From assembly GCA_947383685.1 (NCBI GenBank), contig CANDEE010000001.1, positions 2,152 through 66,151 of the forward strand: a DNA stretch of 64,000 nt. The letters are read 5' to 3'. The notes below the pieces were generated by a model, which was not told the origin of the DNA, made no database searches, and worked only from the letters and a program-made list of their open reading frames with translations. The translations under genes and the position numbers were made by a program. The stretch is from an uncultured Pseudoflavonifractor sp. (GTDB taxonomy: Bacteria > Bacillota > Clostridia > Oscillospirales > Oscillospiraceae). Below are positions 1-9,381 of this stretch, one piece after another. How positions within the stretch are numbered: position 1 is the stretch's first letter; every line of letters begins with the position of its first letter.

Positions 1-23
1 GTATAAATTAGAATGGAGATGAG

Positions 24-233
24 GTGAATGATATGATTTCCTATGCTCCATTTTGGAGAACGCTAAAAGAAAAAGGGGTTTCAACTTATGTTTTGATTAA
101 CAAGTATAATATTAGTGCTAACAGATTTACAAGAATACGGAAGGGATTGCCACTTTCGACAGAGAGCATAAACGAATTTTGCCAGATTCTCCATTGTCGT
201 GTTGAAGATGTTATTGAGTATGTAGAAGAATAA
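24..233 (+). CDS. Cro/C1-type helix-turn-helix transcriptional regulator
   Basis: 69 aa; MISYAPFWRTLKEKGVSTY...L(S)TESINEFCQILHCRVEDVIEY is the typical short clostridial HTH_26 pattern; GAGGTG RBS; AT-rich DNA. Confidence 0.85.
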   Translation: MNDMISYAPFWRTLKEKGVSTYVLINKYNISANRFTRIRKGLPLSTESINEFCQILHCRVEDVIEYVEE

Positions 234-237
234 ATAA

Positions 238-272
238 TGGGCTGGAAGCGTGTACCGCTTCCAGCCCGTTTT
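238..272. terminator. Hairpin terminator between convergent HTH gene and nadE
   Basis: GGGCTGGAAGCG-tgtac-CGCTTCCAGCCC followed by GTTTT. Confidence 0.7.
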
Positions 273-276
273 ACGT

Positions 277-2226
277 TTAATTGTCTGCCTTCTCCAGCTC
301 CTCCAGCCACAGCCTTGCCACTGCGTCAGACGGCATCCGCCAATCCCCTCTGGGGGAAAGGCTCACACTGCCCACCTTGGGCCCATCGGGGACACAGGAC
401 CGCTTAAATTGCTGGGAGAAGAAGCGGCGGTAGAAGTTTTTCAGCCACTTCAAAAGGGTTTCCTTATCATATAGTCCCTCAAAGGCCCGCTCCGCCAGCC
501 GCAGTACCTTCCGGGGCGGAAAGCCCCGACGGATGGCATAGTAGAGGTAAAAGTCATGGAGCTCATAGGGGCCCACGATGTCCTCTGTGACCTGGGAAAT
601 CTCTCCCTCTGCCGGAGGCAGGAGTTCCGGGGACACAGGGGTATCCAGAATATCCCGGAGGCAGCCGGCCAAGGCCGGGTCGCTCTCCCCTGTGCTCAGG
701 GCAGCATAGGCTACTAAATGCCACACCAGCGTTTTGGGAATGGAGGCGTTGACGGCGTACATACTCATGTGGTCGCCGTTGTAGGTGCACCAGCCCAGGG
801 CCAGCTCGGAAAGATCCCCGGTACCGATGACCAGTCCCCCGTTCTGGTTGGCAAGGTCCATCAGTACCTGGGTCCGCTCCCGGGCCTGGGCGTTTTCAAA
901 GGTCACATCCTGATTTTCCATGGACTGGCCGATGTCTTTAAAATGCTGTTTCACCGCGGCGGAAATATCCACTGTTTTAAGGGTGGCTCCCACCTGCTGG
1001 GCCAGTATTTCCGCATTGGAACGCGTCCGGTTGGTGGTGCCGAAGCAGGGCATGGTGACAGCCAGAATATCCTCCCGGTTCCGGCCCAGCAAATCGTAGG
1101 CCCGGGCAGTAATAAGAAGGGCCAGAGTGGAATCCAGCCCCCCGGACAGACCGAGGACGCAGGTCCTTGCTCCTGTGTGCTCCAGCCGCTTTTTCAGACC
1201 CAGGGCGGCGATATTCAGAATTTCCTCGCACCGCTGGGTCCGGTGAGTCTCGTCCTGGGGAACGAAGGGGGTGGGGGAGACAGGCCGGGTCAGAGCGGTA
1301 TCACAAAGTCCCAGTGAGAAGGGATAGCGTCCAACGCCCGGAGTGTGTTCCTCCTCAGGAACAAGCAGCTCCGGGGCGGGGAAGGTGTTGAGCCGCCGCC
1401 GCTCATAGACCAGCCGGCTCACATCAATCTCGCTGACAGTAAGCCCGGTATTAAACCGTTTTTCTGCCAGCAAAGCCCCATTTTCCGCAATGATATTGTG
1501 TCCCGTGAATACCAGGTCGGTGGTGGATTCTCCCTCCCCGGCGTCGGCGTATACATACCCACACAGGCACCGGGCCGACTGCCCTGTTATCAGTTGGCGG
1601 CGGTATTCCGCCTTGCCTACCACCTCGTCGGAGGCGGACAGGTTCAAAATGAGGGTGGCTCCCGCCCGAACCAGAGCGTTGGAGGGGGGCTCCACCGCCC
1701 ACAAGTCCTCGCAAAGCTCTACCCCAATCACCAGATCGGGCATATCCTTGCAGAAAAAGACCGTGGCGGCGTCCAAAGCGGGGTGTTGTCCGCACAGGCT
1801 CACACCGGCAAACCGGTCCTTCCCCGAGGCAAACCACCGTCCCTCGTAAAATTCCCCATAGTTGGGGATGTAGGTCTTGGGGATTAGTCTCAAAATCTTT
1901 CCTTTTAGTATTATAGCGGCACAATTATACAATTTGCTATCAAGCGGATTCCGCACCGGCAGTCCTACGGCGGTAAGAATTTCCAGCTCTTTAGTGGCCT
2001 CTAGGATGGTTCCCAGGGCGTTCTCAGCCCCTTGCAAAAGAGTGGGCTGCAAAAAGAGGTCCCCACAGGTGTAGCCCGTCAGGCACAGCTCAGGCAAGGC
2101 CAGTACCTTGACGCCTTGCGCTGCCGCTTCCCTCATCAGGGCGATAATTTCCTTGGCATTCTGGGCGCAGTCAGCCACTTTGATTTTCGGTGTACCTGCG
2201 GCCACCTTAATAAAACCGTCCCGCAT
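277..2226 (-). CDS. nadE: Glutamine-dependent NAD+ synthetase
   Basis: N-terminal nitrilase-like glutaminase domain (LPEL, PKTYIPNY, CEDLW) plus synthetase motifs SGGLDS, ENAQARER, GTGDLSE, QQFKRSC; start reassigned to MRDGFIK at 2226, preceded by a TTGCCT...TACAAT promoter-like pair. Confidence 0.96.
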   Translation of the reverse strand: MRDGFIKVAAGTPKIKVADCAQNAKEIIALMREAAAQGVKVLALPELCLTGYTCGDLFLQPTLLQGAENALGTILEATKELEILTAVGLPVRNPLDSKLYNCAAIILKGKILRLIPKTYIPNYGEFYEGRWFASGKDRFAGVSLCGQHPALDAATVFFCKDMPDLVIGVELCEDLWAVEPPSNALVRAGATLILNLSASDEVVGKAEYRRQLITGQSARCLCGYVYADAGEGESTTDLVFTGHNIIAENGALLAEKRFNTGLTVSEIDVSRLVYERRRLNTFPAPELLVPEEEHTPGVGRYPFSLGLCDTALTRPVSPTPFVPQDETHRTQRCEEILNIAALGLKKRLEHTGARTCVLGLSGGLDSTLALLITARAYDLLGRNREDILAVTMPCFGTTNRTRSNAEILAQQVGATLKTVDISAAVKQHFKDIGQSMENQDVTFENAQARERTQVLMDLANQNGGLVIGTGDLSELALGWCTYNGDHMSMYAVNASIPKTLVWHLVAYAALSTGESDPALAGCLRDILDTPVSPELLPPAEGEISQVTEDIVGPYELHDFYLYYAIRRGFPPRKVLRLAERAFEGLYDKETLLKWLKNFYRRFFSQQFKRSCVPDGPKVGSVSLSPRGDWRMPSDAVARLWLEELEKADN

Positions 2227-2286
2227 AAAGAGCAACCCCTTTGCTTTTTTCCTATTGTACCCCGAATTTGCTAAAAAGGCAATAGA

Positions 2287-2388
2287 CCCCAAAAGCCCCC
2301 GGCTGAACGCCGGGGGCTTTTGGGGTGTGTGTTGTTCAGAGAGAATAGAGAGGGATGGGAGGAATGTATCAGTTCTTCCTGTGTCCAT
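2287..2388 (-). ncRNA. Candidate ~100-nt CU-rich small RNA with its own promoter and terminator
   Basis: Extended -10 TGgTATCTT (2393-2401, minus strand), CU-rich body containing CCUCCC, and a perfect 17-bp terminal stem at 2287-2325. Confidence 0.5.
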
Positions 2389-2565
2389 TGTTAAGATACC
2401 AAAGAATTACGGCTAAACTTTGACGGAACTATGAACAGTTTGTAAATCCAAGAGAGGCGCCAGGAAGGGCCGGAAGAAAAAAGGAGCTACCCCGGGAAAG
2501 GCGGAAATCCCTTGATTTTCCTAAAAAGGGATGGTAAAATAAGCTCTGAACGGACAAAAGGGGAG

Positions 2566-3216
2566 ATGGAGCGCGTGACAAGAGAGGAAGCCTTTGAATT
2601 TCTGGACCGCACCGCCCGGGGTGTGGCGGAGATGTTCGGTCCTGCCTGCGAGACTCTGGTCCAGGACATGGGCGATGTGAACCACCCCATCCTTTCCATC
2701 TACAACAGTCAGGTCTCAGGCCGGGAGGTAGGCTCCACCCAGGATATTTTAGGCTCCGACAAGGTGCTGGATGCCGCCACCCTGTCCAATGATTTTGTGA
2801 ACCTTTACGCTACTACCCCCTCGGGCGCCCAGGTAAAATCCTCCACATTTCATTTGCGGGGGGAGGATTTTGATCTTGCCCTGGGGATTGACTTTGACTT
2901 TACCTCCTTGGCCTATGCCAACCGGACCCTCATGGGATTGATGAGCGCCGACGCCGACCTCCAAAGCGCCCTGTGGAGCGGAGGAGCCAGCCAGCTCTAT
3001 CAGATATTCGAGGAGTGCCTTGCCGCCCTGGGCAAGCCCGTAGAGGGGCTGAACAAGAAAGAGCGGATGCGCTTAGTGGCTCTTATGGACCAGAAAAACG
3101 CCTTTTCCTTCCGCAAGTCGGTGCCCTTTGTGGCCTCCCGGTTGAAGGTGTCACGGTATACCGTCTACAAATATTTGGATGAGCTGGCCGCTGAAAAGGC
3201 CGCCCGGAAAGAGTGA
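2566..3216 (+). CDS. YheO/DauR-like PAS + HTH transcriptional regulator
   Basis: FGPACETLVQD...SGREVG...KSST (PAS_6-like) and C-terminal VASRLKVSRYTVYKYL HTH. Confidence 0.9.
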   Translation: MERVTREEAFEFLDRTARGVAEMFGPACETLVQDMGDVNHPILSIYNSQVSGREVGSTQDILGSDKVLDAATLSNDFVNLYATTPSGAQVKSSTFHLRGEDFDLALGIDFDFTSLAYANRTLMGLMSADADLQSALWSGGASQLYQIFEECLAALGKPVEGLNKKERMRLVALMDQKNAFSFRKSVPFVASRLKVSRYTVYKYLDELAAEKAARKE

Positions 3217-3220
3217 GCCT

Positions 3221-4636
3221 ATGGACTTGAAATCACGTATCGACAGCTATTTTGACGACCCCGCTGTCCGGGAAGAGCTGATTGCCGCCGTTTCCCGCCT
3301 GGTGGCGGTAAAGAGCGTGAAGGGGGAGCCTGCCCCCGGCGCGCCTTTCGGTCCCGGACCCCGGGCCGCTTTGGAGGAAGCCCTGCGGCTCTGTGGAGAA
3401 TTAGGGGTTGCCACCCAAAACTATGATGACTACGTGGGTCTTGCCGATTTGAACGGCAGTCCCACTCAACTCCATATTCTGGCCCATTTGGATGTGGTGG
3501 GGGAGGGGACCGGCTGGAATACCGACCCCTATACCTGCGTGGAAAAGGACGGTATTCTCTACGGCCGGGGAGTCAGCGACGACAAAGGCCCCCTCTGTGC
3601 CGCTCTCTTTGCCATGAAGGCAGTGAAGGATATGGGGCTTCCTGTCACGAAAAACGCCCGCCTCATCATGGGAACGGATGAGGAGTCCGGCTCTGCGGAC
3701 ATTGCCTATTACTATGCCCGGGAGCCCTATGCTCCACAGGCATTTACCCCTGACGCGGACTTCCCGGTCATTAACATTGAAAAGGGCCACTACCATCCGG
3801 ACTTTGGCGCCTCCTGGCCTGCCGTAGTGGTGGAGCCCCGTGTCTCCGCCCTAAACGGCGGCTTCCGGAATAACGTGGTTCCCCCTGAGGCCCAGGCCGA
3901 GGTGCTGGGGCTTGCTGCCGTCGATGTGAAGCCCTTCTGCGGTGCGGTGGAACAGAAGTCGGGCGCAGTGTTTACCCTCACTGATATGGTGGGGGGCGTC
4001 CGGGTCCATTGCGCGGGCCGGAATGCCCACGCCGCCAGTCCTGACGATGGGATCAACGCCATCTCCGCCCTGCTGGAGGTTCTCTCTGCCCTGCCCCTGG
4101 CCCAATGTGAGTCCACAGGGGCGGTCCGGGCCATGGCAAAGTTGTTCCCCTTTGGGGACAATCGGGGGAAAGCCCTGGGGATCGCCCAGTCCGATGCCGA
4201 GAGCGGGGAATTGACCCTGAACTTGGCCCTGATGACCCTTTCTGAGACGGGCTTCTCCGCTAAATTTGACGCCCGGGTGCCTATTTGTGCCAACAGGGAA
4301 AATTGCGCCGAAGTCTGCGCCAAAACGATGAAGGCCCACGGAATCACGATCACCGGGGACAGTGAGATGACCCATGTCCATGTAGTGGAGGCCGGTTCTC
4401 CTCTGGTTAGAACCCTCCTTGAATGCTACGAGGCCTATACCGGGGAAAAGGATGCCAAACCCATCGCCATCGGCGGCGGTACCTACGTCCACGACATTCC
4501 CGGCGGTGTGGCCTTTGGCTGTGATTTTCCCGGTTTCGATCCCAAAATGCACTCCGCCAATGAGCAGACCAGCGTGGAAAACCTGCTGAAATCAGCGAAG
4601 ATTTTTACTCTTGCGATTGCGGAGCTGTGCCGTTAA
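3221..4636 (+). CDS. pepV: M20 family Sapep/PepV-type metallo-dipeptidase
   Basis: AHLDVV, GRGVSDDKGP, GTDEESG, AHAASP, GGGTY and HSANE motifs. Confidence 0.88.
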   Translation: MDLKSRIDSYFDDPAVREELIAAVSRLVAVKSVKGEPAPGAPFGPGPRAALEEALRLCGELGVATQNYDDYVGLADLNGSPTQLHILAHLDVVGEGTGWNTDPYTCVEKDGILYGRGVSDDKGPLCAALFAMKAVKDMGLPVTKNARLIMGTDEESGSADIAYYYAREPYAPQAFTPDADFPVINIEKGHYHPDFGASWPAVVVEPRVSALNGGFRNNVVPPEAQAEVLGLAAVDVKPFCGAVEQKSGAVFTLTDMVGGVRVHCAGRNAHAASPDDGINAISALLEVLSALPLAQCESTGAVRAMAKLFPFGDNRGKALGIAQSDAESGELTLNLALMTLSETGFSAKFDARVPICANRENCAEVCAKTMKAHGITITGDSEMTHVHVVEAGSPLVRTLLECYEAYTGEKDAKPIAIGGGTYVHDIPGGVAFGCDFPGFDPKMHSANEQTSVENLLKSAKIFTLAIAELCR

Positions 4637-4674
4637 GGGTCCAGAGAGAAAACCCGGCGAAGGAGAATGAAATA

Positions 4675-5391
4675 ATGAAACAGAATGGAAAAAAAGGAAT
4701 TGCCCTGGCCCTGGCTTTGGGCCTGTGCCTGAGCCTGACATCCTGCGGGGGAGGGACGGCTTCCACCAAGGGTTTTACCACCCACGACGCGGAAGTCTAC
4801 GTAGACGGTCTTATTAAAGAGAACTACTTAGGCCAGGCGGAGGAGGCTTATCTGGAGCTGGTGAACATCCACGAGGAGGATGTGACAGCTCTTTATGAGG
4901 AAGCCTTGAGCATAGATGTGGACTATTTTTTCTATATGTATGACATTGACTATCCCACCGAGGAGATGCATCAGGAGGTAGAGGACCTGTACCGGGAAAT
5001 CTACAAATTTACCAAATATGAGATCGTTTCCGCCGCTCAGCAGGAGGACGGCTCCTTTTCGGTAAAGCTGAATGTGTATCCCATCGACATCGCCCAGACG
5101 GTGAACGAGGCCATGAACGACGCCACAGAGAAATTCTATGAGAAGTACCCCCAGGAAACGCTGAATACCATGAGGGACGAGGAGTATGAAAAGGTAGATG
5201 GGGAGTGGGCCCAAATCATTCTGGACCTCTACAAAGAGGCCCTGAAGGAAATCGGCAACATGACCGAAAAATCCATCTCCGTCCAGGTAGAGCAGAACAG
5301 CGATGGCGTCTATACCATGAACAGTGAGGATTTCGGAAGACTGGACGAGCTTATCATCGACTACACCAATATGGCCACGGCAGATACCTGA
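4675..5391 (+). CDS. Acidic lipoprotein of unknown function (paralogue of 23869-24597)
   Basis: Signal peptide with lipobox LTSC; AGGAG RBS; shares motifs with the 23869 protein. Confidence 0.8.
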   Translation: MKQNGKKGIALALALGLCLSLTSCGGGTASTKGFTTHDAEVYVDGLIKENYLGQAEEAYLELVNIHEEDVTALYEEALSIDVDYFFYMYDIDYPTEEMHQEVEDLYREIYKFTKYEIVSAAQQEDGSFSVKLNVYPIDIAQTVNEAMNDATEKFYEKYPQETLNTMRDEEYEKVDGEWAQIILDLYKEALKEIGNMTEKSISVQVEQNSDGVYTMNSEDFGRLDELIIDYTNMATADT

Positions 5392-5392
5392 T

Positions 5393-5426
5393 AAAAAAGA
5401 CGCTTCCGAAAGGAAGCGTCTTTTTT
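5393..5426. terminator. Bidirectional rho-independent terminator
   Basis: AAAAAAGACGCTTCC-gaaa-GGAAGCGTCTTTTTT between convergent genes. Confidence 0.9.
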
Positions 5427-5433
5427 GCGTTGT

Positions 5434-6057
5434 CTACTCTGGCTGGCTTTGGCTATCCGCACGCTCCAGTTCAATGACGGAGATTTCGTAGGCTACCCGT
5501 TCTTCCTCCCGGTCCCCCAGCGCCTTGCGGTAAATCCGGCTTTGGAGACGGCCGGTGAGGCGCACCGCGTCCCCTACCTCCAGCTCCCCGCAGAAGCGGG
5601 CCAGGGCGCCCCAGGTGATGCAGGGCAGGTAATCTGCCCGCCCATAGCGGCGGTTTACCGCCAGCAGCAGATCACAGATTTCCCGTCCCAGCGGAGTCCG
5701 TCGGAGATTGGGGGCCTTGCACAGTACTCCGGTCAGCTCCAGATGGTTGTCAAAGCCGTCTTCTCCAGGTTCCAGGGTTTTAGCAAAGAAGGTGATAACC
5801 AGCCGGGAACCGACCCCGGAGCGGTTATTGAAGGAACGGACCTCCCCTATGGCCCGGTATGATTGTCCGGGAATGACCGGACAGGCGGCGAGGAGTTCCT
5901 CCGAGCACACCACGTTCAAGGTGTCTGCCGCTCCACTGAGCCGTTCTACCTCTAAGGGAAACACAAAATAGGTCACGCCGTGGTTGGCGTGGGAGGGCTG
6001 GGCCTCTCCCGCCGCCCGGCCAAGCAAAAGAGCCTGGTTTCTGCCGATCATATCCAT
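5434..6057 (-). CDS. ssb: Single-stranded DNA-binding protein, tandem OB-fold clostridial paralogue
   Basis: Two OB-fold halves (RLSGAADTL..GEVRSFN; RRTPLGREICDLLLAVNRRYGRADYLPCITWG..GRLQSRIY); start at MDMIG after GAGGAG. Confidence 0.88.
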   Translation of the reverse strand: MDMIGRNQALLLGRAAGEAQPSHANHGVTYFVFPLEVERLSGAADTLNVVCSEELLAACPVIPGQSYRAIGEVRSFNNRSGVGSRLVITFFAKTLEPGEDGFDNHLELTGVLCKAPNLRRTPLGREICDLLLAVNRRYGRADYLPCITWGALARFCGELEVGDAVRLTGRLQSRIYRKALGDREEERVAYEISVIELERADSQSQPE

Positions 6058-6087
6058 ATCGTCACTCTCCTCGTCAGTGTTCAGAGG

Positions 6088-6117
6088 AGTATATGAGACA
6101 GGCCCCACAGATATGAC
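6088..6117 (-). promoter_or_regulatory. SigE-type (sporulation) promoter of the ssb paralogue
   Basis: Minus strand reads gTCATATc-14 nt-CATATACT, close to the SigE consensus. Confidence 0.55.
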
Positions 6118-6121
6118 GGCC

Positions 6122-7114
6122 TTAGGAAATGGCTTCATGGCCGACCTTGTAGGTGCTCCAAGTCCCCATTTCGGGCCAGAGGGCGGAGCAGTCCCCAAAG
6201 GCGTAGGCCCCCCGGGGAGAGCTCCACTTTTGAGCGTCAAAAAAGAGAATGGGAAGGGAGTAAGCCTCTCCTTCGTGGGAATCGTTGGCGGAGATGGTGA
6301 ACAGGCACCCGTCCTGCCAGTAGGGGCCGGGGATGCCGTCAGCCTGGGGATCGTCGGGAGTTACGGTGATGTATCCCTGGTCGATGAGCTCCTCAAAGGA
6401 GCCTTGCAGCACCTCTACCCCGTGGACTTCCCCAAAGCGCCAGGCCAAAGCCGCCTTCTCGCTTTCCAACAGCTCTCCGGGGGCCAGGGACAGGTCTAAG
6501 CCTGCTGTGGAAATGTCCAAATTGAGGTTAGGATCGGTGTTCCACAGGTCGTCCAGCACCTGTAAATAAAGCCCGCACAGGTCATAGCAGGAACCGCCGG
6601 GATTCTGACGGGTACCAATGGAGTAGGCGTGGAGCCCATAGGCTTCTCCAAACTGGGCGGGGAAGGTCTCCTGAACTGTGCCGTTGTAGGAAATCTCTAC
6701 CGCCATGCCGTCCCGGAGGTCGGCCGGTTCGGCGGGTTCCCCGTCCAGATAGACCACGACCCCGTTGTTGATCATGGTGACGGCCAGGATGCTCCCGTCG
6801 GGCTGGGATTCCTCCTCACAGCGGAAGCCGTTGAGGGACAAGCGGTAGACACTCTTTCCATCGTGGAGATTCTGCCCGTGGTCGTTCAGGGGATAGTCCA
6901 ACTCCGCCAGAAGGAGGTTTCCGTCCTCGGCGCCGTCGATGATGCGGCAGCTCACCCAGGTGGGCTCCTCATCCTGACTCAGATCAGGAGCATTGGTAAA
7001 ACAGTTTGAAGTGATCACTGCGGGAGTCTCCGCTTCCGGAGACGGCTCGGGCACAGGGGTACACCCCGCCAGCAGGGTCAAGCACAGGGCAAGAATGGAA
7101 ACGGTTCTTTTCAT
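6122..7114 (-). CDS. Hypothetical lipoprotein
   Basis: MKR...LLAGC lipobox, Pro-rich linker, strong RBS. Confidence 0.8.
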   Translation of the reverse strand: MKRTVSILALCLTLLAGCTPVPEPSPEAETPAVITSNCFTNAPDLSQDEEPTWVSCRIIDGAEDGNLLLAELDYPLNDHGQNLHDGKSVYRLSLNGFRCEEESQPDGSILAVTMINNGVVVYLDGEPAEPADLRDGMAVEISYNGTVQETFPAQFGEAYGLHAYSIGTRQNPGGSCYDLCGLYLQVLDDLWNTDPNLNLDISTAGLDLSLAPGELLESEKAALAWRFGEVHGVEVLQGSFEELIDQGYITVTPDDPQADGIPGPYWQDGCLFTISANDSHEGEAYSLPILFFDAQKWSSPRGAYAFGDCSALWPEMGTWSTYKVGHEAIS

Positions 7115-7260
7115 GAAACCCCCCTCCTTTTATTCCTTTAGACGGAAGCTCTGGGAAAAAGTTCCCCCATGTTTCCTGTTGCCTTTTTCCCCCATGTCCC
7201 TTATAATAAAGGAAAAGAAAGAAATCCTTCCCCAAACCGGGGGAATTTTGAAATGAGGGA

Positions 7261-9330
7261 ATGGCCATGGGGATAGCAAAACGTATTTTCGCGGGAATAT
7301 TGTCCGCCGTCCTGGCGCTGGGGCTTTGCTCCAGCGGAGCTTTTGCCGCCGAAAACGGGAGCTTTACCCTGGGCATTTACTTTACTGCGGACTTGTACGG
7401 AAAGTGGACCAGCGTAGACCCCTGTACGGGGCAGGGCGTGGATGTAAATTACCTGAAGGTGGCTTCGGTGATGGCGGGCCAGGAGAAGAAAAACGACGCC
7501 CGGCTTCTTATTGACGGAGGCAATAGCTTCCAGGGGGCCTCGGCGTCCTATGTGATGCATATGGAACGGGGAGAGAGGAACCCCGTGGCCTTGAGTATGC
7601 GGTATGCCGGCTATGACGCCCTCTTTTCCGGGAGCGCAGAGCGTTTTTTACGCGAGGAGACCCGGAAAAGCTTTTACAACAGCCTGACCGACCCCGCGGG
7701 AACCTTGTCCGGAACCTCGGTGGCGGTCCTTCAGGCAGAGACTGTGACGGCGGCGGGCGCGGCAGAGCAGGAGGAGCGGACGGCTCCCTTCCTGGTTCGC
7801 AGCTATCCGGTGGGCGGACGCCAGTTCCGGGTGGGAGTGGTGAGCCTGGAAAAAGCCGGGGATTGGACGGAGTTCCGAAAGAGCCAGGCCTGCGACCTGG
7901 TGGTGGCGGTGGCTCCCTCCGGGGTGCTGAACGAGAGTATGGCCAACACCATTTTAGAAAGTTCGGGGTTGGACCTGGTACTGATGAACGGTGGAGGACT
8001 TTCCGGAGTTATTACCCTGCGGGACGACAAGGGAAAGCGGGTGCCCGTGATCCGGGGAGGAGGTTCTACCCTGGTTCGGACGGAGGTTTCTGTTAATGCG
8101 AAGGGCTCCTTTACCCTGAAAAAGAGCGAGGAAATTGACTTGGCTGCCCGCCGGAGCGACGACGGTTTGGGGGCCCTGCTGACGCCCTACTACGAAGAAG
8201 CTCAGGAGTATGGGAAGCAGAAGCTGGGCGTTTTATCGGGGAGCTGGGACTGGGAAACGGATTTGAGCTGCGTCCAGAGCGATACCATGAACTTTATCCA
8301 TGAGGCCCAGCTTTGGGCCTCCGGGGCCAATGTGTCCATTAGTGCTCCTCAGACAGAGGGAAACTTCTGCATCCGGCAGCTTTTGGAGGATCAGTGGATA
8401 GCGCCTATGGACCGGGGAAGCTGCTACACCATTTATCCCAATGAAAACGACCGCCTGGTGGTGGTGGAGATGACCGGGGCGGAGCTGAAGGACTGGCTGG
8501 AGCAGGCTGCGGAGGGATATACGGTGGAGGAGGACGGTTCCGTTACCGGAGGCAAGGGGATCAGCCAGGCTTATGGCGTCAGCTACACCGTTTGCCTGGG
8601 GAATCCGGAGGGAAAACGGGTGCTAAACCTGACCTATCAAGGAAGGCCGCTGGCCGCCGATACGGTCCTCCGGGTAGCGGTGAGCGAGAGCAGTCTTGCC
8701 GCGGCAAAGGCGGACCGGTCCACCTATCCCATTGTGTGGGAGGCGGTGATCACGCAAGGCTTCCGCCAGGCGGGCGGTTCGGTGACCTGGATCATTGCTG
8801 AATATATCCGCAGTCTGACCGAAGGGTATCGGCAGATCACACCTCCCAAGCCCCAAAGCCGCTGGACCGTCACCACCACCCCCAGCGGGGAAGTTATGGT
8901 CCCCGTGACCCGGCTGGAGTTTGTGGAGCGGCTCTATGATGCTGTGGGGCGGCCCAGCGCCTATCTGGACTTGAAGCAGACCTTTTCGGATATTGGGGGG
9001 GAGAATCCCGCCGCAGCCTGGGCTGTTCAAGCGGGCATTGTCCAGGGCAATGGAAAGGGGCAGTTTAATCCCGATGACCGCATCAGCCGGGAGCAGGCCG
9101 CCATTATGCTCCTCCGCTTTGATCTGGCCCGGAACATGGGGCCGTCAGGGGCCTGGGCGGTGGCAGTGCCCTATGCCGACGCCACGGAAATTTCCGCCTG
9201 GGCATCAGAGGCGGTCATGTGGAACGTGATTCGAAGCTACCTTCCCGATGATGGGAACGGGAACTTCCGTCCCCAGGCGGCTTTGACGACTCTGGAGCTG
9301 GAAGGGGCGCTGGAGAGGCTGGGAGGCTGA
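7261..9330 (+). CDS. Secreted 5'-nucleotidase/CpdB-like protein with C-terminal SLH domains; metal ligands degenerate
   Basis: Signal peptide; metallophosphoesterase-like N-domain; 5'-nucleotidase C-domain (VVVEMTGAELKDWLE, GVSYT..GKRVLNLTYQG); SLH motifs (GIVQGNG..FNPDDRISREQAA; FRPQAALT). Confidence 0.82.
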   Translation: MAMGIAKRIFAGILSAVLALGLCSSGAFAAENGSFTLGIYFTADLYGKWTSVDPCTGQGVDVNYLKVASVMAGQEKKNDARLLIDGGNSFQGASASYVMHMERGERNPVALSMRYAGYDALFSGSAERFLREETRKSFYNSLTDPAGTLSGTSVAVLQAETVTAAGAAEQEERTAPFLVRSYPVGGRQFRVGVVSLEKAGDWTEFRKSQACDLVVAVAPSGVLNESMANTILESSGLDLVLMNGGGLSGVITLRDDKGKRVPVIRGGGSTLVRTEVSVNAKGSFTLKKSEEIDLAARRSDDGLGALLTPYYEEAQEYGKQKLGVLSGSWDWETDLSCVQSDTMNFIHEAQLWASGANVSISAPQTEGNFCIRQLLEDQWIAPMDRGSCYTIYPNENDRLVVVEMTGAELKDWLEQAAEGYTVEEDGSVTGGKGISQAYGVSYTVCLGNPEGKRVLNLTYQGRPLAADTVLRVAVSESSLAAAKADRSTYPIVWEAVITQGFRQAGGSVTWIIAEYIRSLTEGYRQITPPKPQSRWTVTTTPSGEVMVPVTRLEFVERLYDAVGRPSAYLDLKQTFSDIGGENPAAAWAVQAGIVQGNGKGQFNPDDRISREQAAIMLLRFDLARNMGPSGAWAVAVPYADATEISAWASEAVMWNVIRSYLPDDGNGNFRPQAALTTLELEGALERLGG

Positions 9331-9339
9331 ATAGAGGAA

Positions 9340-9377
9340 CAAAAAGGAGCCGCTTCTTTGGAAGCGGCTCCTTTTTG
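9340..9377. terminator. Bidirectional terminator
   Basis: CAAAAAGGAGCCGCTTC-tttg-GAAGCGGCTCCTTTTTG. Confidence 0.9.
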
Positions 9378-9381
9378 CTGT

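Noticed and set aside
250..474. 74-aa plus-strand ORF overlapping the nadE 3' end
   Set aside because: Antisense shadow of a conserved gene; no RBS, and it crosses the terminator
2227..2388. 54-codon N-terminal extension of nadE in the ORF track
   Set aside because: It spans a terminator hairpin and promoter-like sequence; NadE similarity begins at MRDGFIK
4638..4665. GTCCAGAGAG resembling a PyrR-binding loop
   Set aside because: No supporting stem or terminator, and the downstream gene is unrelated to pyrimidines
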